Positions 1 through 9,494 are shown, numbered from the stretch's first letter. The stretch is 64,000 nt of DNA from an uncultured Gammaproteobacteria bacterium (GCA_964650355.1 CAZYTL010000009.1:413-64412); one strand, 5' to 3'. Made by a program: numbers and translations. Notes: generated from the sequence alone by a model not told the origin.

Positions 1-130
1 TTGGCAAACAAGTAACGGCTATTAATGGCATTGAACAAGGAGAGGGGAAATATTGGTTGTATACTGTAGATGGTGACGAAGCCAGTTCCTCAGCTGACAC
101 GTACGTGTGTCACGACCAGGAACAAATTGA

Positions 131-676
131 ATGGCAATTAAAGTAGATATGAATCTAAAATTAGCTCCGTTAGTTTTCATTATCTTTGGAGTATTGATGA
201 GGTTATTGCCTCATCCACCGAACATGGCGCCTATAACCGCAATCGCTTTATTCAGCGGAGTATATTTGAATAAAAGATACGCGGTAATATTACCAATTGT
301 AGCTTTGTTGATCAGTGATTATTTTATTGGTTTTTATGGCTGGACCATGCTGTTTGTTTATGGCGGGTTTGTGCTAGCCGGAGTAATCGGGATGTGGCTA
401 AAGAGACATAAAAGACCGGTTTACATTTTAGGCGCCAGTCTGGTGAGTTCGTGGCTGTTTTTTATAATCTCCAACATGGGAGTGTGGCTGACTACATCTA
501 TGTATAGCAAAAATCTGTCTGGCTTAATCCAATGTTATGTGATGGCGATCCCCTTCTTGCGCAATACCATTCTGGGTGATTTATTATTCACCACTACGCT
601 GTTTGGGCTCTACGAGCTATCTAAGCGGTTGGCCAAGACCTGGTTACCGGAGAAATATTTTGGTTGGGTTTACTAA
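131..676 (+). CDS. Integral membrane protein, ~5 TM; possibly ECF-transporter S-component-like, unassigned
   Basis: 181-aa ORF with multiple hydrophobic segments (PLVFIIFGVLMRLL, ILPIVALLISDYFIGFYGW, FVLAGVIGMW); no enzymatic motif. Confidence 0.5.
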   Translation: MAIKVDMNLKLAPLVFIIFGVLMRLLPHPPNMAPITAIALFSGVYLNKRYAVILPIVALLISDYFIGFYGWTMLFVYGGFVLAGVIGMWLKRHKRPVYILGASLVSSWLFFIISNMGVWLTTSMYSKNLSGLIQCYVMAIPFLRNTILGDLLFTTTLFGLYELSKRLAKTWLPEKYFGWVY

Positions 677-737
677 GATTTTAATTCCGCAGATTAGGAA
701 TAAAGATTTTGCCTTCTGAAGAGAGCTAAGAACTCAA

Positions 738-1466
738 TTAATATTTTTCAATTTCTGCTGTTTGTTGCCAGTAAAAGAAATCGAAGTTTTGATTGCGAAT
801 TCTGTTTAAAATTTCCAAATCGTGTTTTCCTGTATCTACGTTGCTTTTTAATAACTCAATTGCTTGATTAAAATCGGTCCAAAAATTTTCACCATATACA
901 TTTTTGGCGATGAGTTCACCTTCGGGATTTTCAGCGTAACAGACATGATAAAAGGTATCTTCTATCAGGTTACCTTGTTTATCTTTCCTGATTTTTCTTA
1001 TTACTCCAAGATGGGTAAATTCCGCTTGTAAACCGGTTTCTTCAAGTAACTTCCTTTTCGCAGCCTGTTCGATTAATTCACCGTGGTGTACTTTGCCGGA
1101 AACACTAGTCACGTCACCATAAAATGGATGCCTGAATCTTTTGTGACGAAGAATTTCTCTTTTTCCATTAACTTGTCTGACTACTTGCAAGGCCACAGAG
1201 ACCTTAAATAATTGTTGCACTTTGCCTAAAGCGTCAATGTTAGTAGTTAAGACTTTGCCTTTTTCCGTAATCTGATACAGATTACCTTCTTTCCGGACTA
1301 ATTCGTTTTTTACCAAAAATTGCAAGTGATAATTATACAAATCATTTTCCAAGTACTCATCATCCGGCTTCATTTCCGAGTAGCGCAATCCTCCAGATGA
1401 AGTAGTCAACCTAGCTAGAATTTCCAGCTGTACTTCATTTACTTCGGGCAAGAACTCATATTTCAT
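738..1466 (-). CDS. Nudix hydrolase with N-terminal winged-helix (MarR-like) domain
   Basis: N-terminus LEILARLTTSSGGLRYSEM resembles a wHTH; C-terminal Nudix box GKVHHGELIEQAAKRKLLEETGLQAE (GX5EX7REUXEEXGU). Confidence 0.75.
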   Translation of the reverse strand: MKYEFLPEVNEVQLEILARLTTSSGGLRYSEMKPDDEYLENDLYNYHLQFLVKNELVRKEGNLYQITEKGKVLTTNIDALGKVQQLFKVSVALQVVRQVNGKREILRHKRFRHPFYGDVTSVSGKVHHGELIEQAAKRKLLEETGLQAEFTHLGVIRKIRKDKQGNLIEDTFYHVCYAENPEGELIAKNVYGENFWTDFNQAIELLKSNVDTGKHDLEILNRIRNQNFDFFYWQQTAEIEKY

Positions 1467-1620
1467 AAACCAATTTTACCATGTATTGTCTGGGCAAATT
1501 TTGCCGAAGAGCCCTTCTCTTGTTCGTATTATAGGCTTACGGTAAAATCTGGAAGATATTTGAGTTTTTATATTCAAATTTAAGTTTATAACAATTCTAG
1601 ATGAGCTAAACTTATATTAT

Positions 1621-1851
1621 ATGCCCAATAACCACTCAAGCACCAAACTTATCCAGCTTAAGGCCAAACAGCAGCAGTTGCAAGAAAAACTTGATCAAAA
1701 ATTGCGACAGCTAGGCGGTTGTGGAGGAATGGGCAGAATGCCAGCGGATCGATTGGAAATTGAAAATACCATTAACGTGCTTGAGTCTAGATTGAAAAGT
1801 CTGCAAGCAGAAATTGAACAAATAAAAGAGTCTTTAGACGAGACGTCGTGA
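1621..1851 (+). CDS. Small coiled-coil protein (76 aa), paralog of 2852-3079
   Basis: Heptad-rich LIQLKAKQQQLQEKLDQKLRQLGG...ENTINVLESRLKSLQAEIEQIKESL; aligns with the 75-aa ORF at 2852 (LLQLKLKEQRLEEKLKQKLKTIGD...ENEIELLKIRLNQIQTEIYKLEKDL). Confidence 0.55.
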   Translation: MPNNHSSTKLIQLKAKQQQLQEKLDQKLRQLGGCGGMGRMPADRLEIENTINVLESRLKSLQAEIEQIKESLDETS

Positions 1852-1870
1852 CTCAACTGATATCCTCCAT

Positions 1871-2827
1871 ATGAATAACTTTAGAAAACCATTGAAAATA
1901 GATGAAATCGGAATTAAGGCTTACTCCCTGGAAATTCTCAAAGATCAGGGATTGTTTGACGAAAAATTATATATTTCAGCAGATAAACTTTCGAAGAAAG
2001 AGCTGGTTCATAATTTACAAAAGGCCGGTTTTCAGGACGGCGAAAAGATGTTTGTCAGATTTTCAAGCCCTGATACGTCAATTAAATTACCGAAAAAAGG
2101 ATGTAACGGATTTGACACTTTGTATAGATTTGTAAACGAGCAGACTAAAAAAGATTTAGTGTTAATTGTTCATTCTTTTATCTTGGGGAAGTACGGAGGC
2201 ACGATTACCCGAGTCGGTGACGAGTTAGTGATGGAATTTATCAAAGGCGGTTGGAATGCCGATTACTCCATAAACGTGGATACGGTTACGTTTAAAGACG
2301 GTCTCTCAAAGTGGTATGTCTATCAAGGTCACAGGACGGTTCCTTATGTTGTTAACGGGCAAGTGATTCAGAAGAGAATCGGACCGCTGGAGAGGAAGAC
2401 AATTCAAAAGATTTTTAGTAGTGTTTCGCCACAAATAGGAAAAATTACAAAATTGTTGGATAACGAGTTTAATTCGCTTGAATTCCTAATCGATTCTAAC
2501 TATTGTTTAAAACCCATTGAATTGCAGAATATTGCCACTGTTGACCATCAGTTAAAGATTAATAAATGTCCTGATAAAGTATTTGAATTGAAAACGCCCC
2601 ATGACTTGAAGAGATGGGATAGGACAACTGATTTATTAATATCAATTCCGGCGGACATGGACCGGGCGGATGAACTCCTCCTGGTTATTAAGGAGATAAA
2701 AAATTTTGTATCTCACGTGTACATTAACTATGGAATTCTCTCGCATCCGGCAATTTTATTGAGAGAAGAGGGAATTAAGGTAGAAAGAAAGATGTCTAAC
2801 TATCGATTAATGACGTTACCTTACTGA
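1871..2827 (+). CDS. Hypothetical protein; weak resemblance to the PEP-utilising enzyme N-terminal ATP-grasp-like (PPDK_N) domain
   Basis: 318-aa ORF; IGIKAYSLEILKDQGL and FVRFSSPDTSIKLPKKGCNGFDTLY loosely resemble PPDK_N motifs (GGKxAxLxEL; VRSSATAEDxPxASFAGQxET); no swivel-His domain. Confidence 0.55.
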   Translation: MNNFRKPLKIDEIGIKAYSLEILKDQGLFDEKLYISADKLSKKELVHNLQKAGFQDGEKMFVRFSSPDTSIKLPKKGCNGFDTLYRFVNEQTKKDLVLIVHSFILGKYGGTITRVGDELVMEFIKGGWNADYSINVDTVTFKDGLSKWYVYQGHRTVPYVVNGQVIQKRIGPLERKTIQKIFSSVSPQIGKITKLLDNEFNSLEFLIDSNYCLKPIELQNIATVDHQLKINKCPDKVFELKTPHDLKRWDRTTDLLISIPADMDRADELLLVIKEIKNFVSHVYINYGILSHPAILLREEGIKVERKMSNYRLMTLPY

Positions 2828-2851
2828 CAAATTATTGAATCTAAATCCCGA

Positions 2852-3079
2852 ATGAGAAGGCCATTGACTACATCGGATCAATTGTTGCAATTAAAACTGA
2901 AAGAGCAACGACTTGAAGAGAAGCTAAAGCAAAAGCTCAAAACTATTGGTGATGCAGATCATCCCATGGAATCCAGATACCAAACCGGCAGATTTGATTT
3001 GGAAAACGAAATAGAGTTACTAAAAATCCGGCTTAATCAAATTCAAACAGAGATTTACAAATTAGAAAAAGATCTCTGA
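2852..3079 (+). CDS. Small coiled-coil protein (75 aa), paralog of 1621-1851
   Basis: Same architecture and alignable sequence as the ORF at 1621; flanks the other side of the 318-aa gene. Confidence 0.55.
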   Translation: MRRPLTTSDQLLQLKLKEQRLEEKLKQKLKTIGDADHPMESRYQTGRFDLENEIELLKIRLNQIQTEIYKLEKDL

Positions 3080-3202
3080 TTAATGGGTAACTTATTGTTT
3101 ACAGATATCAGCAAAAGTAACCTCTTATCATATCTCCATTAACCAGACATTATACCTCAAATCTCGCCCATCGGTTCGGTAGTATATTTAACGGTTTGCT
3201 GC

Positions 3203-3844
3203 TCACAGATACGCTTTGATTAACTGCATAATCTGCTCGTCATTTAAGTTTTTGTCGCTCAAATTCAATTCCTGATTCCACTGGTCCCAGAATTCCACGT
3301 CCGTTATGGTTACCAATTTTGAAAGACTTAGGTTTTTCAAAACAGTTTTTAGATTTCTTTGATTATTTAAAGTTTCTACTTCGAAATTGTATTTATGGGA
3401 TTTGCCATATTGATGGCTTAGTTTAATTTCAAAATCCGGTTGTTCAAAGACGTAATTATCATATTGCATGAGATGACATGGCTCGGCAGGCGGCAAGAGG
3501 CGGCGTAAAATTTCGTATATGCTAAAAATCTGTTCAGATTCAGGCGGCAACTCAACGTGTTTTTCCGTGCGGTCCCATTGAGTGGTATTGTCCCACTTAC
3601 CTACTTTCTGCATAATTTCAGCTTTTCCATCCGTAATGCGGATTCGAGTATCAACCTCGTTCATCTCATGATTCCAAAAGGAAAAGGACAATCGCTTATG
3701 ACGGCTGGGCTTGCCGAATCGCCCACTAAACAGTCGTAAAAATTTCTCAAATTGTTCTTTGGTTAATTGCCCCCAGGCTTCCTGTTCTAACATGGACTGA
3801 TTATACTTCACTTTTGTGCTATATTCATAAAAGATGAAATTCAC
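3203..3844 (-). CDS. Hypothetical protein (213 aa)
   Basis: Long ORF with no recognisable motif; start overlaps the divergent Nudix gene start by 11 nt. Confidence 0.55.
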   Translation of the reverse strand: MNFIFYEYSTKVKYNQSMLEQEAWGQLTKEQFEKFLRLFSGRFGKPSRHKRLSFSFWNHEMNEVDTRIRITDGKAEIMQKVGKWDNTTQWDRTEKHVELPPESEQIFSIYEILRRLLPPAEPCHLMQYDNYVFEQPDFEIKLSHQYGKSHKYNFEVETLNNQRNLKTVLKNLSLSKLVTITDVEFWDQWNQELNLSDKNLNDEQIMQLIKAYL

Positions 3845-4280
3845 CAGATTGCCATTGGATAAGTTTATTGAAATTTATCACCAGGTACCCAGGGCTGCAG
3901 TAGATGTGATAGTGGTGACTAATAAAGGAATCCTACTGACCAAAAGGTCTATCCCCCCATTTCTGGGCATGTGGCATATCCCGGGTGGAACAATTATGTT
4001 TAAAGAACCGCTACAGCACGCAATTGAGAGGATCGCTAAGGAAGAATTGAGTGTCGAAGTGAAGATAATTAAACAATTGGGAGCCATAGAATGTCTTGAT
4101 GATGGAGGCAGACACACGATTGCAATTGATTTTTTGACTCAAATTGTCAATGGTACACCGCAAGGCAGCGAGCAGGGAAAGGAAATCGCTTATTTCAAAA
4201 AAGTCCCGAAAAATATTATTCCTGAACAAGGCAAATTCCTAAAACAACATTTAGCGGAAATAAAATCTTACTTTGAATAA
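3834..4280 (+). CDS. Nudix hydrolase
   Basis: Nudix box GGTIMFKEPLQHAIERIAKEELSVE. Confidence 0.8.
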   Translation: MKFTRLPLDKFIEIYHQVPRAAVDVIVVTNKGILLTKRSIPPFLGMWHIPGGTIMFKEPLQHAIERIAKEELSVEVKIIKQLGAIECLDDGGRHTIAIDFLTQIVNGTPQGSEQGKEIAYFKKVPKNIIPEQGKFLKQHLAEIKSYFE

Positions 4281-4316
4281 AGTGCTCAATATGGCCTACA
4301 AACACCAAATAAATCC

Positions 4317-4958
4317 ATGACCTCTCTCACTACCCTAATCTTCGACTTCGACGGCACCATCGCTGACACCTTTGCTTTCCTGTTAGAAACAGCTCATGAA
4401 TGGATTCCGGGAGAACATTTTGATTACCTTGCGGATAAACCCCTCGAATCGCTCCGCGATTATGCCCTTAAAGACATTCTCAAAGAACTCAAAATCCCGT
4501 TCTATAAACTTCCTTCCCTGGTCACCCTAGCCCGCAATCACATCAGCAAATCAATTGAAAAAATCCCTCTCATTCCCGGCATGGACCGGGCTCTCGCCCA
4601 GCTTCACCAAGATGGATATCATTTAGGTATCGTCACCTCCAACGGCAAACAAAATACCCAAAATTTCCTTAACCACCATCAACTATCTTATTTTGACTTC
4701 ATTCACTCGGGCAAGCACCTGTTTGGCAAGCACCATATCCTAAAACGAGTGATTAAAGCCCACCACCTATCTCCCCAGCATACCATCTATGTCGGAGATG
4801 AAGTCCGCGATATCGAAGCCGCTCACAAAGCCGGCCTCCCCATCATTTCTGTCTCATGGGGATTAAACACCCCTGTAATTCTCCAAACCGCCCACCCTGA
4901 CTATCTCATCAACAAACCAGACCAACTCCTACCCCAAATAAAAAAACACTTCGAGTAA
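4317..4958 (+). CDS. HAD-superfamily hydrolase (phosphoglycolate phosphatase-like)
   Basis: Motif I IFDFDGTIADT, motif II VTSNG, C-terminal GDEVRDIEAAHKAG. Confidence 0.8.
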   Translation: MTSLTTLIFDFDGTIADTFAFLLETAHEWIPGEHFDYLADKPLESLRDYALKDILKELKIPFYKLPSLVTLARNHISKSIEKIPLIPGMDRALAQLHQDGYHLGIVTSNGKQNTQNFLNHHQLSYFDFIHSGKHLFGKHHILKRVIKAHHLSPQHTIYVGDEVRDIEAAHKAGLPIISVSWGLNTPVILQTAHPDYLINKPDQLLPQIKKHFE

Positions 4959-5025
4959 ACCACAATGAAAACATGATTTTCCACTCCGGGGCTTATTTGT
5001 ATTTACACCTTGGGATAAAGTTATA

Positions 5026-5101
5026 TGGTGACCCCACCGGGATTCGAACCCGGGTTTTCGCCGTGAGAGGGCGATGTCCTAAACCGCTAGACGATGGGGC
5101 C
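5026..5101 (-). tRNA. tRNA-Glu (anticodon CUC), CCA encoded
   Basis: Reverse complement ggccccatcgtctagcggtttaggacatcgccctCTCacggcgaaaacccgggttcgaatcccggtggggtcacca folds as a cloverleaf; anticodon loop cuCUCac. Confidence 0.85.
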
Positions 5102-5218
5102 ATGATAGTTTCAAGTTGTTAGTTTCGAGTTCCAAAGCAAGCTTAGAGAGTTATTATTAATAGTTACTTTCCGAACTTGTTGTGAAACCAATAACTGGAA
5201 ACTAGCGCCTGATTTTTG

Positions 5219-5300
5219 TGCCGGGGACAGGACTTGAACCTGCACGCCGTGAGGCACATGGTCCTAAACCATGCGTGTCTGCCAATTTCACCACCCCGGC
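5219..5300 (-). tRNA. tRNA-Leu (anticodon UAG), class II with long variable arm
   Basis: Reverse complement gccggggtggtgaaattggcagacacgcatggttTAGgaccatg + variable arm + ggttcaagtcctgtccccggca; the 65-aa + ORF over this region is spurious. Confidence 0.8.
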
Positions 5301-5422
5301 GGGAATCTTACATATTTTACCATGTTTTGGCCTTCACTAGAATTCGGGAGGATGATAAGATTAGGTTAGAAGGGAGTTCTGCTTTTAATTTGTTAATTTA
5401 CAAAGACAGGTGATGGTGTTGT

Positions 5423-7066
5423 ATGGGAGAAGTAGCGATTAAACCTATTGTATTGATTATTATGGATGGCTGGGGAATGGCACCCCCTGGGCCGGGGAAC
5501 GCGATTTTTCAAGCACAGATACCTAATTTTAAAAAGTATTACAGTAGTTATCCGCACGCGCTTTTGGAGGCTTCAGGTGAAGCGGTGGGATTGCCTCGTG
5601 GTGAAGTAGGCAATACTGAAGTGGGTCATTTTGTGATCGGGGGCGGGCAATTTATCTATCAGGATTTGCCTAGAATCAATATTTCGATCGGTGACGGATC
5701 CTTTTTCCAAAATCCTGCTCTGTTGGCTGCAGCAGAGCACGTCAGAAAAAACGGTTCGCAATTGCATCTAATGGGGCTGGTAGGACCGGGAGGCGTACAT
5801 TCTGACCTGGTCCATTTGATGGCTTTGATCAGGTTCTGTCAAGAGCAGGGTTTGTCAGGGGTGGCTTTGCACGCGTTTACGGACGGCCGAGATTCGCCAC
5901 CCACGTCATCACAGATTTATTTAGACAAGGTGCAAGCAGAATTGGAGAAACATCAGGTAGGGTTTATCGCCAGTGTGATAGGGCGCTATTATGCCATGGA
6001 CAGGGACTTTCGCTGGGACAGAACAGAAAAGGCCTACAGGGCATTGACCGAGGGGGCGGGTAATAAGGGTCCGGATTATAAAACGATTATTAATAAATCT
6101 TACCAGCAAGGGAAAACTGACGAGTTTATTGAGCCAGCGGTGATCGTAGATGACAACGGACAACCTAAAGGATTAATCAAGCAGGGTGACGCGGTAATCT
6201 TTTTTAATTTTCGCATTGACCGCCCCAGACAGCTAACCAAGGCTTTTGTGCTTCCTGATTTTAACCAGCAAACTGTGAGCGGCGGCTATGATCCTTACGC
6301 TGTAAAATATTATGGCAAGCACGACCCGGATATTAAACCGCCCACGAAACCGTTTGACCGGGGGCCGAAAATCGAGCAGTTGTTTTTTGTGACTATGACT
6401 GAGTACGAAAAAAATTTGCCGGTGGACGCGATTGTGATGCCACCTCAGGTGATCAATATGCCTTTGGGCAAGATTTATGCGGATCAGGGCAAGCGTCAGT
6501 TACGAGCGGCGGAAAGTGAGAAGGAAAGGTTTGTGACTTATTATTTTAACGGTCAGAATGAAGAGGCGTTCGCTAATGAAGACAGATTAATTGTGCCTTC
6601 CCCGAAGATTCCCACTTATGATTTGAAACCGGAGATGTCGGCAGTCGAGTTAACCGAGGCGGTGATGGAAAAAATGCAGCAGGTGGATTATGACTTGGTG
6701 GTGCTGAATTATGCTAACCCAGACATGGTTGGTCATACAGGTAATATTCCTGCTGCGGTCAAGGGGGTGGAAACAGTGGATCAATGCATGGGGAAGTTGG
6801 TTGAATGGGTGTTAAGCAAAGGAGGAGTATGCTTGATTACTGGTGATCACGGGAATGCGGAAGAGATGATTAATTTGCGCAGTGGAGAGCCGGATACTGA
6901 GCACAATGACAGTCCGGTGCCGTTCATAGTGGTGGCTCCCCCAGGGATCGTCCAGGCACGCATGGACTTGGGCGAAGGCACGTTGGCTGATGTGGCGCCC
7001 ACGATTTTAGCCATTGCCAAGCTGCCTCAACCCCGGAGCATGACCGGGAAGAATATGCTGCGGTAG
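5423..7066 (+). CDS. gpmI: 2,3-bisphosphoglycerate-independent phosphoglycerate mutase
   Basis: N-terminal IVLIIMDGWGMAPPGPGNAI...NTEVGHFVIGGG and C-terminal MVGHTGNIPAAVKGVETVDQC...ITGDHGNAE are canonical iPGM motifs. Confidence 0.92.
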   Translation: MGEVAIKPIVLIIMDGWGMAPPGPGNAIFQAQIPNFKKYYSSYPHALLEASGEAVGLPRGEVGNTEVGHFVIGGGQFIYQDLPRINISIGDGSFFQNPALLAAAEHVRKNGSQLHLMGLVGPGGVHSDLVHLMALIRFCQEQGLSGVALHAFTDGRDSPPTSSQIYLDKVQAELEKHQVGFIASVIGRYYAMDRDFRWDRTEKAYRALTEGAGNKGPDYKTIINKSYQQGKTDEFIEPAVIVDDNGQPKGLIKQGDAVIFFNFRIDRPRQLTKAFVLPDFNQQTVSGGYDPYAVKYYGKHDPDIKPPTKPFDRGPKIEQLFFVTMTEYEKNLPVDAIVMPPQVINMPLGKIYADQGKRQLRAAESEKERFVTYYFNGQNEEAFANEDRLIVPSPKIPTYDLKPEMSAVELTEAVMEKMQQVDYDLVVLNYANPDMVGHTGNIPAAVKGVETVDQCMGKLVEWVLSKGGVCLITGDHGNAEEMINLRSGEPDTEHNDSPVPFIVVAPPGIVQARMDLGEGTLADVAPTILAIAKLPQPRSMTGKNMLR

Positions 7067-7209
7067 TCGATCTGAGTGAGGAGAAAAAGCAATTCCTCTG
7101 GCCAACGATTTTTCTTTGGAGTAAAATAACGAACCATAGCCTCGGACGGTAATTGTTCATTAAGATTAATTATCCTGAAGGCCGGCGGATTAACTACTTT
7201 TAATCGGGG

Positions 7210-8571
7210 GTGATGTTAAATAAAGCTTTAGATTACGTTCAACAACAACGGGTGCATTTCTTGGATGAGTTAAAGCATGTGCTGCGGATACCTTCGATCA
7301 GTATGCTGCCTGTATATAAGTCAGATATGGAGCGGATGGCAGAGTGGCTGCGGGTGCATTTATTGGAAATTGGCTTGGAAAGAGTGGAAATTTATCCTAC
7401 TGAAGGACACCCGGTGGTGTATGGGGAATGGTTAAAAGCCAAAGGCAAGCCAACCTTACTGGTCTACGGGCATTATGATGTGCAACCGCCTGATCCTTTG
7501 GATGAATGGCAAACAGATCCCTTTGAACCAACGGTTAAGGGTCAGTATGTTTACGGCAGGGGAGTGGCCGATAATAAAGGGCAATTTTTTACTCATCTGA
7601 AAGCCATCCAGGCTTATTTGCGTACAGCCGGAAGGCTACCGGTGAATATCAAGGTATTTCTGGAAGGTGAGGAAGAATTAGGGTCGCTACATTTAGAGAG
7701 CTTCGTGCGCCAAAATGAGCAGCTGCTGACAGCTGCCGGAGCCGTAGTGTCGGATACAGCGATGAGAGGAATTAACCAGCCGGAAATCATCGTGGGATTA
7801 AGGGGATTGGATTATTTTGAGATCACAGTCAGGTCGGCAGAGCATGACTTGCATTCGGGAACTTATGGAGGCGGGGTAGGAAACGCGGATACAATTATGG
7901 TTAATTTGTTGTCTAGATTAAAGGATGAGCAGCAAAGAATTACTATCCCTGGCATTTATGATCAGGTGCGAAAGTTTACCCAAAAGGAATTAAAGTCATT
8001 GAATGGGGGTGAACATGAGTTTCACCAAAGCGCCAAGGCGTATGTGTTAGTAAGTGAACCCAAAATTCCTTCTCACTTAATGCCCAAAATCAGGCCCAGT
8101 TTGGATATTAACGGTATGGTCGGAGGCTTTACTGGAGAAGGGTCTAAAACTGTAATTCCGGCAGAGGCTAAGGCCAAGGTGAGTATCAGACTGGTACCTG
8201 ACCAGAATCCTGATCAGGTAGCCGATGCGTTTATCAGTTATGTGGAGAGCTTGGTGCCTGAAGGTGCAAAGGTTGATGTGCAGATTCACAGTAAATCATC
8301 ACCGGTATTGGTGGCTAACAAGGGAAAATTGATCAACGCCGCCAGACAATCACTGAAGCAAACTTTTGGAGAATCCCCCACTCTGGCGATTGAAGGAGGT
8401 ACGATTGGTGCTGTGGGAATTATGAAAAGATGTTTACAAATTGACAGCATCCTAATGGGTTATGGGCTGCCGGATGATAATTTACACGCTCCGAATGAAC
8501 GGTTTTACATAGATAATTTTTATAAAGGGATTGAGTCCAACTTGAGATTTTATGATTTGGTTGGTAGATGA
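7210..8571 (+). CDS. M20-family metallopeptidase (dipeptidase/ArgE-DapE-CPG2 family)
   Basis: YGHYDVQP, YGRGVADNKG, LEGEEELGS metal-ligand motifs typical of M20. Confidence 0.8.
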   Translation: MMLNKALDYVQQQRVHFLDELKHVLRIPSISMLPVYKSDMERMAEWLRVHLLEIGLERVEIYPTEGHPVVYGEWLKAKGKPTLLVYGHYDVQPPDPLDEWQTDPFEPTVKGQYVYGRGVADNKGQFFTHLKAIQAYLRTAGRLPVNIKVFLEGEEELGSLHLESFVRQNEQLLTAAGAVVSDTAMRGINQPEIIVGLRGLDYFEITVRSAEHDLHSGTYGGGVGNADTIMVNLLSRLKDEQQRITIPGIYDQVRKFTQKELKSLNGGEHEFHQSAKAYVLVSEPKIPSHLMPKIRPSLDINGMVGGFTGEGSKTVIPAEAKAKVSIRLVPDQNPDQVADAFISYVESLVPEGAKVDVQIHSKSSPVLVANKGKLINAARQSLKQTFGESPTLAIEGGTIGAVGIMKRCLQIDSILMGYGLPDDNLHAPNERFYIDNFYKGIESNLRFYDLVGR

Positions 8572-8846
8572 GAGATGACGATGACCAGTGCTTTACAAAT
8601 TAAATGATTGCGGTACTATAAAATTAATAATTAAATATGGCGGACCAATCTTACCAGTACTCCTCCCCTGCTCAGAGTCCCCAATCCGAACAACCGGTAA
8701 CCAGTTGGCAAGAGGTGTTTAATTTTGTAATTAAGGTGGTGACGGCAATTCCAAAGGTGATATATAAGGTCTTCTGGGATATTTTCTGGAGGTATTTGAA
8801 GTAGAGTGAGACTTCTTGCAAAAATGATTGGTGATTGTGATTAAAG

Positions 8847-9434
8847 TTATTCCATTTCCTGCAGGAATTGAGACACGGCCGCGGCCCAGGAACCGTCAGA
8901 TCTGGGGGTATATCTGGTCATGATTTGTTCGGGAGTAGTTAATCCTTGATCAAGATAATCAGTGCGCAATCCCCGAGCAATGGTCCAGATAGCTTGTTGA
9001 TAGCTGTCAAAACTCAGACTGCCGCGTTCGTGAATCCCCCACCCCCAGCAATTATTGCTTTGATCAGGAATATAAGCGCATAAATTTGACTCTTGTCGGG
9101 CAATGGCTACCAGAAGACGAAAATCAATATGGTAAGCGTCGGAGGCGGCAATGATTTGGTCTGTATAATCTAGCAACGGAGAATTAAAGGTCTGCAAGTA
9201 TTGGCTTAAGATCAGGGACCTGGCATCGTCTGCCTGAACGCGGAAGTCAAAAGAGCCTGCAGGTTCGGGCAAGGCAGCAAAAACCCGAGTTCCTAAAATC
9301 TGGCCTTCAGGAGAAAGGTAATCGGAGGCGGCTTTTAAAATAGACGATGACGGCAGGCGAGTCATTTGCAAGCTGGCCAAAAGTAGCAGCGGGGTTCCTA
9401 GAAGAAAAAGAAAGATTAACGGGAGGCGTTTCAT
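8847..9434 (-). CDS. Secreted lysozyme-like/transglycosylase-like protein (tentative)
   Basis: Signal peptide MKRLPLIFLFLLGTPLLLLA; LLVAIARQESNL resembles the catalytic-Glu region of SLT/lysozyme-like domains. Confidence 0.45.
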   Translation of the reverse strand: MKRLPLIFLFLLGTPLLLLASLQMTRLPSSSILKAASDYLSPEGQILGTRVFAALPEPAGSFDFRVQADDARSLILSQYLQTFNSPLLDYTDQIIAASDAYHIDFRLLVAIARQESNLCAYIPDQSNNCWGWGIHERGSLSFDSYQQAIWTIARGLRTDYLDQGLTTPEQIMTRYTPRSDGSWAAAVSQFLQEME

Positions 9435-9494
9435 ACCACTCCATCATAGCAGGGATTAGTTGATAAAGGCAACTTTGAGGGAAGATGATGGTGT

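Noticed and set aside
1902-2135. 77-aa ORF in an alternative frame inside the 318-aa gene
   Set aside because: It is nested in the same strand as a much longer ORF and its translation is compositionally odd (KSELRLTPWKFSKIRDCL…). It is very likely non-coding.
3203-3844. CYTH (triphosphate tunnel) domain assignment for the 213-aa protein
   Set aside because: Only vague resemblance (RIRITDGKAEIMQKVGKW); the N-terminal ExExK signature is absent (MNFIFYEYSTKVKY), so the protein is left as hypothetical.
5216-5413. 65-aa + strand ORF
   Set aside because: It lies entirely over the minus-strand tRNA-Leu(UAG) and its promoter region. The tRNA cloverleaf is unambiguous, so the ORF is a frame artefact.
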